Of a stretch of DNA of 64,000 nucleotides, positions 1-11,233 are shown in pieces. The stretch spans positions 8,093,488-8,157,487 of the forward strand of contig CP075497.1 of NCBI GenBank assembly GCA_021613535.1, given 5' to 3'. The position numbers and the translations under genes were made by a program. The notes below the pieces were generated by a model, which saw only the letters and a program-made list of their open reading frames with translations, did not search any database and was not told the DNA's origin. Position 1 is the first letter of the stretch; each line of letters starts with the position of its first letter. Origin of the DNA: Adineta vaga (Eukaryota; Animalia; Rotifera).

Positions 1-326
1 ATAATTATGTCATCCATTTCAAAAAATATTAACATTGAATATAATTTCATAGTGCTGATATTGACTGGTCGTGATAGAAGACCAGTGGAAATGAAATAAA
101 CTAACACTTCAAATACATTTGCTGGTTGATCAAATACATAAATATTTTTATTCACATCATAGAATTGTGCACGACGATCTTTACGTGCAAGTATAGATTT
201 TGATGCTCGTTTTTGAATAAGTTCTTCACTTAATTCGTATAAAACACCACCTACAAAAAATCGAAGTAGTTCTGATCTTGGCAAAACATCCGATAAATTA
301 TCTGTTTCAATCATAGAAGAGGGCAT
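1..326 (-). CDS. Partial 5' exon of a BTB/T1-domain protein (K+ channel tetramerisation-type; Kv channel or KCTD family). The start codon is at 326 and the gene continues beyond the window edge.
   Basis: Minus-strand translation: MPSSMIETDNLSDVLPRSELLRFFVGGVLYELSEELIQKRASKSILARKDRRAQFYDVNKNIYVFDQPANVFEVLVYFISTGLLSRPVNIS... This fits the T1/BTB consensus (LNVGG..F, ..Y.FDR.P..F..IL.Y..TG.L.RP.N). The ORF is open to the window start. Confidence 0.5.
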   Translation of the reverse strand, partial: MPSSMIETDNLSDVLPRSELLRFFVGGVLYELSEELIQKRASKSILARKDRRAQFYDVNKNIYVFDQPANVFEVLVYFISTGLLSRPVNISTMKLYSMLIFFEMDDII

Positions 327-1367
327 TCATTCATTGAAAATGCGCCAAGTGGAGAATGAATTTTGTATTGTTTTGTCAAATCATTTTAAGGAGAAAGATT
401 AATGGTAGAAACAATAAAATCTATTTCAATACGATGTATGCATGTGATTATTAAACTTGATTTTTCCTTCTAGTTTTCATGTACTCTTTGATTGTGAACT
501 ACACAATATCAATCGGAAATGATAGAATGCATGACAATCAAAGAAAATTGAAGTAGCTAACGAGAAAAAGAAATATGAACAAAGAAAAGCTTATTTCGTA
601 CAGCATCAAATGCACGAGATAATGGAAGAATAAGAGAAAATCGGTAAAAATTTCAATGCGTTCGCACATATCACGTAGCAAAGAGTTGATGAAAGGTTAT
701 TTTAAAGAAAGTATATGATCGAATAATACTCCAAGTGCTGCGTGAAATCTGTATATAAATCTGATAGAAAAGAAAACTCATCACTGCTTTTACAACATAA
801 ATTCGTTAATTCATTGGTTCAAATTTGATATAAGAAGTAAGCCAATTGTCTTTGGCTAGTCAGTTTGGTTCGTTCGTCACTTCTATCGACCATGAAATCT
901 CGGTATGTACTGAAAGCTCCCAAACTTTGTTTGAGTCGTTTTATACTGTAAAGTATAGTATTTTAATCGATGAGGTACCTCAAAAACTGGAGAAAAAACA
1001 TGACCAAGAATGAATGAATACTAATTTTTTTCCACATACTGTACAATATGAAAAGTCAGATTAAAAATGTATTGATTCTTTTACGATCTTTGATTTGATT
1101 TTAAACTTTTATTACAAACATGCTTTGATTATTCTTCCACTGAAGAAAACAGAAATAGTATCTGTTACATATTTACCTCTTGTTGAATAAATGTTTTCTC
1201 TTTTCTTTCTCTCGTGTACATATGTTCTTGCTTGACCTTTTCATTATACATCGATGGAATCTTTGTGCGTCTGTCTTATAAAAAGTATTTTTTCTTAGTA
1301 AAAGGAATTTCTTCTCTTTAATTGGGTGATCGAGAGACCACGATCTTAACATATACTTCTATTAGTA
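327..1367. promoter_or_regulatory. Divergent intergenic/promoter region between the BTB gene (minus) and the fucosyltransferase gene (plus).
   Basis: No conserved ORF. The region lies between two divergently oriented start codons (326 minus, 1368 plus) and is AT-rich. Confidence 0.3.
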
Positions 1368-2593
1368 ATGACACTAAATAGTAAAATTCACTTATTTTTC
1401 ATACAATTAATATTTTATAGTCGATGGACATTCTTCACATGTATTTTTATTATACTATTTCTTGTGGAATGCGTACATATTGTTTACCAACCTGTTCTTC
1501 ATAAAATTCATTATCCAACATTGATCGGAAGTTATTGTTTCGATCCTCCATCGTCTTCAGATTACAAGCAAAATCAATATATCAACGATTCATTTTATAT
1601 TCAATTATGTTCATTCACAAATATTTATGCATGTCAACATATTCAAAATCAAACTTTTCTCTTTCGTCTTAATTGGTATGCTGGTTTTACATCTGAACTG
1701 AACAATCTTGTTCGAGCATTTACCTATGCAATACATACTCGACGAAAATTTATGGTCGATGATCAAGTTTGGAACTATGGATCATTTGCAGCGATTTTCA
1801 ACGTCTCACAAGCTCATTTTTCACCTTGGCTGCCATCGTCACCGTACTGTTCACAACGACAATTCATTCATCTTCTCAACTATCAAGAAAACAATACGAA
1901 GCAAACCCCTGCACATCTAACAACAGCTCGTGGTCCTAATGGTGGTTATACTCATTTATCTCTTCAAATGCGATCGCTCGAGAGCGACAGTCAAATAATA
2001 GCTACCAGGCGACTTGTTGTTGATTATTTGTGGAAAACATTAACGAATGAAACAAGACATTTCATTGATCAACATCTGAATGAAATAGAACTGGATACTA
2101 TTATATATGGAATGCATATTCGTCGAGGTGATAAAGTGACTGAAGTTAAATCTTCCTCGACAAGTGACTACATTGCTGGAGTTGAATCTTTTATGAAAAG
2201 AGAACCACAAACAAGTAAAATTTTAATTCTTGTACGTAAGAGTGTTGTATATATTGTAATTATATGTATAGATTCAAACATACGGGTTTATGTTGCAAGT
2301 GATGAAAGCAATGTAATAAATGAACTTCAAGAATTAAAACCAAATTGGAAATTTATACAAATATCTTCGAGTACAAAACAATCACGTGGTCATCAACAAG
2401 GTTCATTTAATCGTTTACCTGCATCCGTAAAACTGGAATCAGGTCGATTCTGTTGAGTGAATTAGAAATATTATCACGTGTAAAATATGTCGTGTGTACA
2501 TTTTCTTCGAATGTTTGTCGATTTGTACAAGTATTACGAAAGCAAGATGTGAATACTGTGTTGTCATTAGACGACAAATGGTATCCACAATGA
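1368..2593 (+). CDS. FUT8: GT23-family alpha-1,6-fucosyltransferase-like protein (FUT8-like), type II membrane topology. The model has two exons with a 36-bp intron at 2236..2271, plus an apparent 1-bp frameshift near 2429..2432.
   Basis: N-terminal hydrophobic anchor: IHLFFIQLIFYSRWTFFTCIFIILFLV. Conserved FUT8-type motifs: GMHIRRGDKV...DYIAGVESFMK (cf. [27 protein letters not shown]); VYVASDES (cf. VYLATDD); ILSRVKYVVCTFSSNVCRFVQ (cf. [21 protein letters not shown]). The last motif lies in a different frame after position ~2430. Confidence 0.6.
2236..2271 (+). other. 36-bp phase-1 intron in the fucosyltransferase gene (gtaaga...tatag).
   Basis: GT at 2236 and AG at 2270-2271. Removal gives ...SKILILV-H-SNIRVYVASDE, whose spacing matches FUT8 better than the read-through peptide. 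The length is a multiple of 3, so the read-through ORF masks it. Confidence 0.45.
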
Positions 2594-3765
2594 TATATTT
2601 TTTTAAGCATAGGTTTTTTCATGATTTATACGCAATAAAATCGTCACAATGTAGACTGCAGTTCAACATGAACATTTTAAGATATTACTCGTAAAATCTA
2701 TAATTTCGATTGATCTACCGTACGAATAAAGAGGTAGAAAAATATCTGATGGATTAAAAATGAACGGAGGTATAATACAACATTTAGTTAAACATAAATC
2801 ATCTGAGAAGATAGCCATATGATTATTATCGAAGTACGAGATATTTCACGATATTTAATTGCAAAAATCACAGAAAACATTAGCAAACTAAGAATATCGT
2901 GAACAACCTAAATATCCATCTTGATCTATTGAGTGCTTAGTACACAGCTAATCAGTTAACAAGTTACAAAGTACATTTTGAAGATCGTACTTTTTGTTAG
3001 AGGTCTAAGAAGCAAGGAATAATTTAACACATGATCAAATTATAGAGGTCAACAAGTGCAATATACATACATTAATACCAACTATATTCATCCGTTATAC
3101 TATGTTCTTAATATATCGATACGCACATTCATTATCAACTAATTAAACATACAATGATTATTGGTCATATCGCGTCCCGACTTGTTGTACAATACTATGC
3201 TCTGAAAAATAATTATCAATCAAAAACGACCAGTGATTATCCATCATGGTGTACTATTTTCGGTGCTACATTGAATTATATTATTACTGATGTCTTTCTG
3301 ATTGTTGGTATTGAAAATATTCGTTCCAATCCATCATCATCTGTTTCTACGTTTCAATGTTGGTATAGCGTTTATTGTAACATATCTTCTATCAGGTTTA
3401 TTTATTAGTCGATGACTCGATAGGAAATGACAATAAATTGGCATGAAATTCTATTTATTCTAGCTGTAGATTTTGTTATTTCGATAATAAATAAAGAGAT
3501 ATGATTTTGAAAAAGCGCTTTATTATTTGATGATGACATAGTATGGTATGAAAAAAATACTTTTCAAGTTATTATCAATTAAATATAATCCATTTTCCTC
3601 TATTAAACAACTGGAAATTATTCAGAATGAAGAAAAAGTATGTTACTACTTCACATTATTCATATAAAAATTGATAATTTTATATAGATAAACATCGAGA
3701 AAGATAGTGTTATACCTGAATTTACTAAACATATTCAAACATTACCGAAAGTAATTCATCATTTA

Positions 3766-4731
3766 TTGAATAAAGAAACCACTACTCACGATAAAATTCG
3801 ATGTTGCCGTCGAAAAATAAAGATTATCAACCAAAATGCTCAAATATGTGATCAACCATTAGTATTACCAATTAAGTTAAGTCATCATCATCGTCATTCA
3901 GATTGTGATGATACGTATATAAATATTACGAAAAACTATTCTTCTGATCAATTAACATCTCAAGAATCATCTATACTAGATCAAAAACAATACATATCAA
4001 ATAAGAATTTAGGAATATTTCTGCATCCTATTCAAGAAAATCTAAACTTGATTAAATACGATATTCGTCCATTTTATTTAAATTATAACGAAAATTCCCA
4101 TCATTCATCTTCTCCGATGAAAACAACTGAATCTGAAAGAACACATCAAAACAATGAACAAGTAAAAGAAGATTAAATAGAAATATATTATCGTTTGTTT
4201 TCATTAGCATGTTCGTGAATTAGTTAATACTGTTCGACGAGATATTAGTGCTTTAATTGATGAAGATCGAAATAGTCTAGCAGCTGAAAGCAGACAACCA
4301 TCTTCGTTTAATAAATCTACTGATCAATACCTTCTGAAGACTACTTCAAAAAATCAGAACGTCAACCGATCAGCATTAAAAAAGAAAAGAAAACTTAGAG
4401 TAAAACGATCAGGCAAATCAAGAAGACGAAAAAAAACGCTGAAAAAGAAACGCAAGTAATAGGAAGAAGTTCAAATAAATTTGTTACATTATTCTATTCA
4501 ATTAACTCGATAGAATTAAACATAGGAGCAGAAGACGCAAACGATCTAAATCAAGAAAAAGTAATTTGTCAATAATCAAAATTTGTCATACATTGTTCTC
4601 TTGTCATTAGATAAAACAAAAGTAAAAGGAAATCAAAGTGAGTTCATGTTTACGATACAATTTATATTACTTGACAATTCAACCTAGGAAACGAGTGAGA
4701 TCGAAAAGATCAGCGAAGAAAAGTAAATAGA
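3766..4731 (+). CDS. Putative small, very basic R/K/S-rich protein (protamine-like or SR-like tail). The multi-exon model is uncertain.
   Basis: ORF 3766..4176 (RCCRRKIKI...). Downstream short exons encode ...ALKKKRKLRVKRSGKSRRRKKTLKKKRK, IKHRSRRRKRSKSRKS and KRVRSKRSAKKSK*, flanked by GT/AG dinucleotides (4458/4519, 4559/4687). Confidence 0.25.
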
Positions 4732-4869
4732 AACATTTTTCATCTCTATTCTATATGATTGTATTGTAGAAAAACGAACGATAAAACGAGTAATAAAGAT
4801 AGATCGATTATCAGATAAATGAATATCTAAATTTGTACAATTTAAATAAAAAAGAAGGAAAATCGACCA

Positions 4870-5444
4870 ATGACTAATACAGAGAAAGAACCTGAAATGG
4901 AACAATGCAACAATTGTTGTTGTAATTTTCTTCATTGTTCGTATTCATTTGTATTTTCTTTTTGAAAATTGTTCTCCAATTTTCCAGATTCTTTGCGGCA
5001 AGTCATGCATGATGCCGAACAAACAAAACAGGTATCGCGAATTGATGAATTAACTTGAATACATATACGTTTAATTAGTTTGCATTAAATATGGCACGAA
5101 TGGGTATTAATCCATCAACACTCAAAGATCCTGCTATTACTTCATGTCAAGGTATTGCTATTCCATTGTATAATTGTGAGAATATCGGTGATCAACGATT
5201 TCCATCGCAACCAATATTTACAACGATTTCCGAAAATGAACGAAATGGACAAGTGAATGATTATCCAAGAAAAGATCAAATGGTAGTACAAAGTATTGAT
5301 ACTCAACATGGAAAAATTCAAATTAAACTTGATCCTCAATCATTTGGATTAGCACCATTTTTTTCTCAACAATACGAAACATTTATTAAAGGTCCGCCGA
5401 ACTCAATATTGTTCACTAATTATATCAAAACATTTCATAAATAA
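4870..5444 (+). CDS. Small 3-exon orphan protein of about 149 aa with an N-terminal Cys cluster: exons 4870..4921, 4988..5031, 5079..5444.
   Basis: Phase-consistent splicing. Exon 1 is MTNTEKEPEMEQCNNCC (phase 1; donor gtaatt at 4922). Exon 2 is (Y)SLRQVMHDAEQTKQ (acceptor ttttccag; donor gtatcg at 5032). Exon 3 is FALNMARMGINPSTLKDP...KTFHK* (acceptor ttaattag). Introns are 66 and 47 bp. Confidence 0.4.
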
Positions 5445-5618
5445 ATTATATTTGAGTAGTGACCTATTCATATTTCACTTCAACGGTGTTTTTCTAATTG
5501 ATATAAAATAGATTTCGTTCAAATAAAATGTAAAGCAAATGTTTATTTGAATAAATAAAGAATGTAACAATTTATGTTTGTGTATATATGTATAGAGAGA
5601 TAGATATTTTTTTGAAAA

Positions 5619-7637
5619 CTAAAAATTCGTATTGGATGGTAACGATTTAATACGAGATACTTTCCCAAACCAAGACATTTTATAATCGAGTGTTTCACGA
5701 AGAAGACGTTCTTCATCGGCAGAAAAATTGAGCAATGTTGATACAGCACGAATTAGATGAATTGCCTATTAGAATAAGAACGAATTCAAACAGAAATACA
5801 TATTTACTCAATTAGAAACTTACTTCCTCTTCAGTTGACGTCATAAATTTCAATAGAACATGTTTCAAATATTTAAAATTTGTCCCATTCGCTGGAGTTT
5901 GTCCATCGCTAACAGAAGAACGATGTCCATTCTTTTGTGGTTTTATTGAAGTTGATTCTACTAATGTATGTGGCAAGATTGCTGGAGTTGCCGATGCTGC
6001 AGCTGTTGCCGTTGTGAATGAAACATTTTTACGTACTGCTGTCATCTGTCGTGCTGTTGATGCTCGTTTAGCTGCATCAACGTCACTTTGTGATGTTGCC
6101 GATGTATCGTAATGTATCAATGGTAGATTAGTTGGTGATGATGGAGTATTGCTATTTGTTTTTGAAGACCCCATTTGATTGAGATCTTTAGGTATAGATG
6201 CATGAAATTCACGTTGAAGTGTTTTTCGAAGATCATTGTAACGTTGTTGTAAGTTTTTTATTGTCTAAAATACAATCTCATCATTGATACTAAACATATA
6301 GTCAATTCATACTCGATTTTTATCATCTATTTCTGCTTGTAATTTACTGATAGTATCAACATCTGGTTCAGCAAGTACTTGTACAAATGATGTATCTTCA
6401 TCCTAGAAAGAAAAATGAGTCGATATTCATGGAAATCATATAGAAGAATAACAAACTGTTTGCATAGATTGTGTTTCATGATCAACTAATAAACGACGAT
6501 CTTGTTCTTCGATAATAGCATCTCGTTCAATCAGCATTTGTCTTAATTTAGTTAATTCGATTTTCTGTTGTTCATTTTCAGCCTTTTGTCTATCTAGTTG
6601 TCTTTGAAAATCATCATTTGATTTTAAATCGGAGATATCAGTTGATTTGATAAGTAAATCATCTCTTTCTAAAACACAGAAGAAAACAAAGAGAAAGATA
6701 AATCAAACAATTGTTTAATTAGCAAACCAGCTTCAACATCATTTAGTTGTGTTCGTAAAGATTTCATCGTTGATTTCAGATTTTCATTGTCTGAACGAAG
6801 AGTTTCGATTTGCTTTTGTAAATGATGAGTCTACAAAGAATGAAATGTTGTTTTGTTCAATAAAAGAAATCAATTGATTTACTTTAGTTGTATTATCTGT
6901 TGTACTGTTCCGTCTGGAACTTTATGAGAAAAAGAACAAAGTTAATTATTGAATAGAAATATGAATTCAGTGAAATTTACTGTAAATCTGTAAGTTTATT
7001 TCTTAGTTCGATCATTTCATTTTGTAGTTCATTTGTTTCTTGTGTTAATCTTTGTATGTCTTCATCTTTTAATTGAAGACTTTCTTCTTTTGAATCGATC
7101 TAAAATAGGGAATACATTTTCATCAATGAAATCCTGCAATAATTACCCAAGTTTTTATCAGTTCAAGATAATTATCGATCGATTTTGGTTCTAATAGATA
7201 AACCAAAAAAACAAACATAAATTTTATCATAGATAAAGACTATGTAAATATACCTTCGATATATGGAGAAAAAATTTCGGCTAAAGATGTTATTAATTCT
7301 GTTTTTCTTTCAGGCTGAAATAAGACAAGATAGGTATTGAAAAGTCTTACAGCGAGGATATACACATACTTCACGAGAAGTTGATGAAAGTCTGGAATTA
7401 TTTGTTAAGGATTGATGTGTGATGGAATTCGATCGACCTTTCGATTAAAGTGAAAAGAATCTTGATAGAATTGAATAAAACAAGAATTTTGGATAACTTA
7501 CGATGAGTTCGTGTTGACGAAACATTTTCCTCATCAAGATTATTATTACTTTCATTGACTTCTTCGGAATTATTGTCAAGTAAAATACTTGAATTATTAC
7601 TTTCTTCACGGACTTTTTTGATTAACGTTTTAAACAT
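5619..7637 (-). CDS. GCC1: GRIP and coiled-coil domain golgin (GCC1/GCC88-like), multi-exon.
   Basis: The C-terminal GRIP domain is split over two exons: ...[20 protein letters not shown] / [34 protein letters not shown] (cf. NLEYLKNIIYRFL...TLTAILTILHFSPEEKQ...SWW). Upstream exons are heptad-rich coiled coil ([14 protein letters not shown]..., [15 protein letters not shown]...). The N-terminal exon is [15 protein letters not shown]... at 7637. Confidence 0.6.
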
Positions 7638-8367
7638 TATGTCGGATTTGTTGTCGAGAAATATTTATTCATACTGAATACAAGACAAAAAAGAAAAGGG
7701 AGAGAGAAGAAGAAGTTGTGATTTGTTGTAGACAGACTAAAAAATAAATAAGAAAACAATGAGACGAACTTACTTATTTTTATAGTTAATAAAAGAACTC
7801 AAACATTCATTGGTGTTATTCATCATTCAGTAAAAACAAATATCCAATCCTCTCGTGATTTCACAAAAATACAGAGGGCAGTAAATGACAATGGAATGAA
7901 AATAAGTTTATAAAAGTTATTGTTAGCATTTATGAAACTCATGATGAAAACTGACATATTTTTTTCATTTCGATTAAAATTTATCTTGTAGGCTTATTTC
8001 AAAATATAAAAGAAAGTAAATGAAAAAAAATATTATTTCATCTTATAGTTGTTCTAGTTGTTTTTGTTGCTAACACTGCCATCGATAGCAACAAAAAAAT
8101 AAGAAATTTGTGCACGTGTTTCCTTGCGAAATTAATCGACAAGAGCGAAGAAACAATACCAATAACAACGTTGCTGATTTCTCTGCCTACTTATTGCACT
8201 TGATGCATCATTTAACGACAGTTTTAATGTATGTTTTGCTTTTTCATCCTTTAAAATTTCATTTCTTTTTCTCTTTCGTCTTTAAACCAAAACCAAAAAA
8301 AAATCGAAATTGTTTATTGTGCTGAATAAGAAACGCACATAACAATTTCAATTTCAATAGAATTAAA
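7638..8367. promoter_or_regulatory. Shared divergent promoter region between the golgin (minus) and the membrane-protein gene (plus).
   Basis: 730 bp between opposed start codons. It contains A/T tracts and no ORF. Confidence 0.3.
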
Positions 8368-9710
8368 ATGGCGTATAAGTCAGACACATCAAGAGCAAGA
8401 ACTATCTTCAATAAGCACGGATTGCCTGTACGATGGCCTCGTCTTTGGATAGTTCTGATTGGTCTAGTTCTCGTTTTCTTAACTTTTGCCATAGCCGGTA
8501 TGGAAACTGGACATACGATTTATGATGTCTTTCGATCAACTGCATTTGGAGGTTATATCGTTTTTTTTCCATTACTCATCTGCGCTATTTTCGTTTTGAT
8601 AACTGGTAAGTTTAGATATCGATTACACTATTCGAAGAATTGATGTTGCCACTGCCAGTGATTGGCAGAGCAATCTTAAGAAAACAATGTTTATTTATAA
8701 CACAGCGAAAGAAGAATGTCGAACTTGATTTTTTTTCTCTGATTCGAATAAGACATTTGTTTATAAAAATTCAAAAGATTTCGATTGCACATGAAAACGT
8801 GTCTAAACATAAACAAACGGAGTTTGAGTCGTATCCTTGTAGAACGTTTGAAACGATTTTTTCAACGAAATTTTTCTATTTAGCATGCCTTCCAAAGTTA
8901 GTACTTCTTCGTGTTGCAGTAGTATTATGTTGTATTATGATTATATTATGTATTGCCGTGATTACTTATGACGTTTTTGTTATTGTCGACCCAACTCGAT
9001 GTTTCTTTTTAAATTGTAATTATGCTACAATTACTAGCGGAAGTACAACGTTTACTGGATGGCCAGTTACGATTACATGGCCAGATACTTTTACATACAA
9101 TATGAATATGAAACGTTTATTTCAAGCTCTTCAATTACTTTGTGCTCTTTTATATATTTTATTTGCTGTGTTATATATTGTAATGTATCTCACTCACCGA
9201 CATGTGAAATTAGAACAACATGCACCTTATAACGTTCCTCGTAGTGTTCATCCATCATATGATACGAATAGAGCATCAGCAAGACGTACAAATCATGTTG
9301 CATCATCACCACGACCAGCAACAAGAACGCTTTCAAGAACGTCTAATCATCCTTCTCAATCCTATACACACTTGAATCCAAATCATAAGATTACTGTTTA
9401 TACAATTGAAGGTCAACCAGATTTATCGGCACGTCGATATCAACCACGATCCTACTCACCACCTCCACAAAGAACAACGGTATCAGCAAAACCTAAAGGA
9501 AAAACATTTGTACGACCACGAGCTAGTTCAGTTGATGATGGACGATTATGTGCACGTTGTAATCGCGAACCACGAATTCCTTTATCAACACATTATGAAC
9601 GAGAAAATTATTTTTCACATTTATGTCTTAATTGTAACAATGACCTTTCTAATGGTCATCGAAAAGCACCACATCCTATACCAAGAAATAATCGTCATTG
9701 GGTACCATAA
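8368..9710 (+). CDS. Orphan multi-pass membrane protein with an S/P/R-rich cytoplasmic tail and a C-terminal CxxC-17-CxxC zinc-ribbon-like motif: exons 8368..8605 and 8920..9710.
   Basis: Exon 1 is MAYKSDTSRARTIFNKHGLPVRWPRLWIVLIGLVLVFLTFAIAG...PLLICAIFVLIT(g). The donor is gtaagt at 8606 and the acceptor is gtgttgcag at 8919. The phase-1 junction restores the frame: ...LITVVLCCIMIILCIAVITY... A third TM is LFQALQLLCALLYILFAVLYIVMYL. The tail ends ...LCARCNREPRIPLSTHYERENYFSHLCLNCNND... Confidence 0.5.
8606..8919 (+). other. 314-bp phase-1 intron of the membrane-protein gene.
   Basis: Donor GTAAGT at 8606. Acceptor ...cgtgttgcag at 8918-8919. Only this acceptor restores an open frame; the alternative at 8705 gives an immediate stop. 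Confidence 0.45.
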
Positions 9711-10024
9711 ATATCTTTCATTTATACACGACTTTTATACCCATTTTTGCTTTTGCTTCTTTTTTATAAATAAATAATTTACATAAATGACACTTTTGTT
9801 TCGAAATATTCGAGAATAAAATCGGTCAAAAGTTGAATTAAAGTTACGTTAATTGTCAACAATGCGTATAGTGTCCATGCCAGTTTACAAACCATAGAAA
9901 CAGAATAAACATGATTTTCATTCGTTAAATCATATTTTACTGTATTAAAAAAATACTCATTTTGTTTATTCAAGAAAGTGATAGGACATTTTAGAAAACT
10001 CCTTTCAAATAAAATGCATAGTTA

Positions 10025-10945
10025 CTAAATTTGTTTTATTTTTTTGATAAAAAATGGAAGGATAGCCGGAATATGCCGTTGATAGTTAATATAAGCATTA
10101 CCAAAGATTCCAATCAATTTTCGTTCTTCAACAGGAATTCCAATCAATAGATAAAGACATGTATAGATAAGTAAAGCCAAACGATCCAGTGACATCGTCG
10201 GTGTAATTGCCCAAGCTAAGATTGTGAAGAGATACAATGGATGTCGACAAAGACGAAACAGACCACTGGTTACTAATGTTTGATTACCAGTTGTTCGTTC
10301 TTCGATTTTTATAGATGATGAATATGGACATCGATTATTTTCAGACATATCGAAGAGTTGTTTGATGCCACAAAAATTTATTATATTAAATTTCATCAGT
10401 ACATACAATCCTTATGAAAAGCAATCGAATTAGTAGAAAATATTTCAAAGATTATCTAGTATACCTGGTGAAATGATAATACTAAATAGAATTAATAATA
10501 CACGTTGTTGTTCATACATATTCATTGTTGATGGTAACCAATTCCAAAGTTGTATATGTGTATGTTGCCAAAATCCGATTAAAATAAACGTAGTTATACT
10601 GACTAGTATACAAAAAATAGTTCGAAGTGTTTGTTTAGGAAAAAGATATCGACTAAGGATAACTTGAATGAATTCTTGTGCGAATAATGTATGAACAAAT
10701 CCAAATATTGCAAAGAGACAAGCATTGAATAGAAGTTTAGCAGTAACTGACGATGAAAATTGATTGATATAAACATACGGAACATCAAATAGAACGTTGC
10801 AAATAGGTAGATACGTTGAAATGAAATTTGTTATCAATAAAGGCATTTGAAGATCACATGCAACCCATACAAACAGAGTCGTAGAAAGTGGTGCACCGAA
10901 AAATAGATTTACTAAAAGCCAAATAACACGTGAAATTGAATTCAT
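10025..10945 (-). CDS. NRM: Nurim (nuclear rim / nuclear envelope membrane protein; ICMT-like fold): 2 exons, 10465..10945 and 10025..10410.
   Basis: LFAIFGFVHTLFAQEFIQVILSRYLFPKQTLRTIFCILVSI (cf. nurim [33 protein letters not shown]). GLFRLCRHPLYLFTILAWAITPTMSLDRLALLIYTCLYLLIGIPVEE (cf. [48 protein letters not shown]). A 54-bp intron at 10411..10464 (gtatac...cataag) is phase-consistent. Confidence 0.7.
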
Positions 10946-11233
10946 CTGAAATTATCTTTATCTATATCATTTGTTTATCCTTCAAACAGATTTCACGATA
11001 CAATGATTGAAATTAATAGAAGTTTTATACATTCAACTATATTTAGACAAGAAAAACAAATATAATCAATGAGATTTTGTTGAAGTTGAATGTTCTAATG
11101 TTCGTTCAACATATTTATAGACAGTATTGATTCGTGTAATGACATTCACAAGAATATCATTTGTCATTGTCGAACTAAATACCTACAAATAAAAATCAAT
11201 TATTTCAATCAATTCACTTTATCTTTTGTATTA

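Noticed and set aside
9779-9973. 64-aa minus ORF downstream of the nurim stop.
   Set aside because: It lies in the convergent 3'UTR zone between the membrane-protein gene and nurim, and has no conservation signal.
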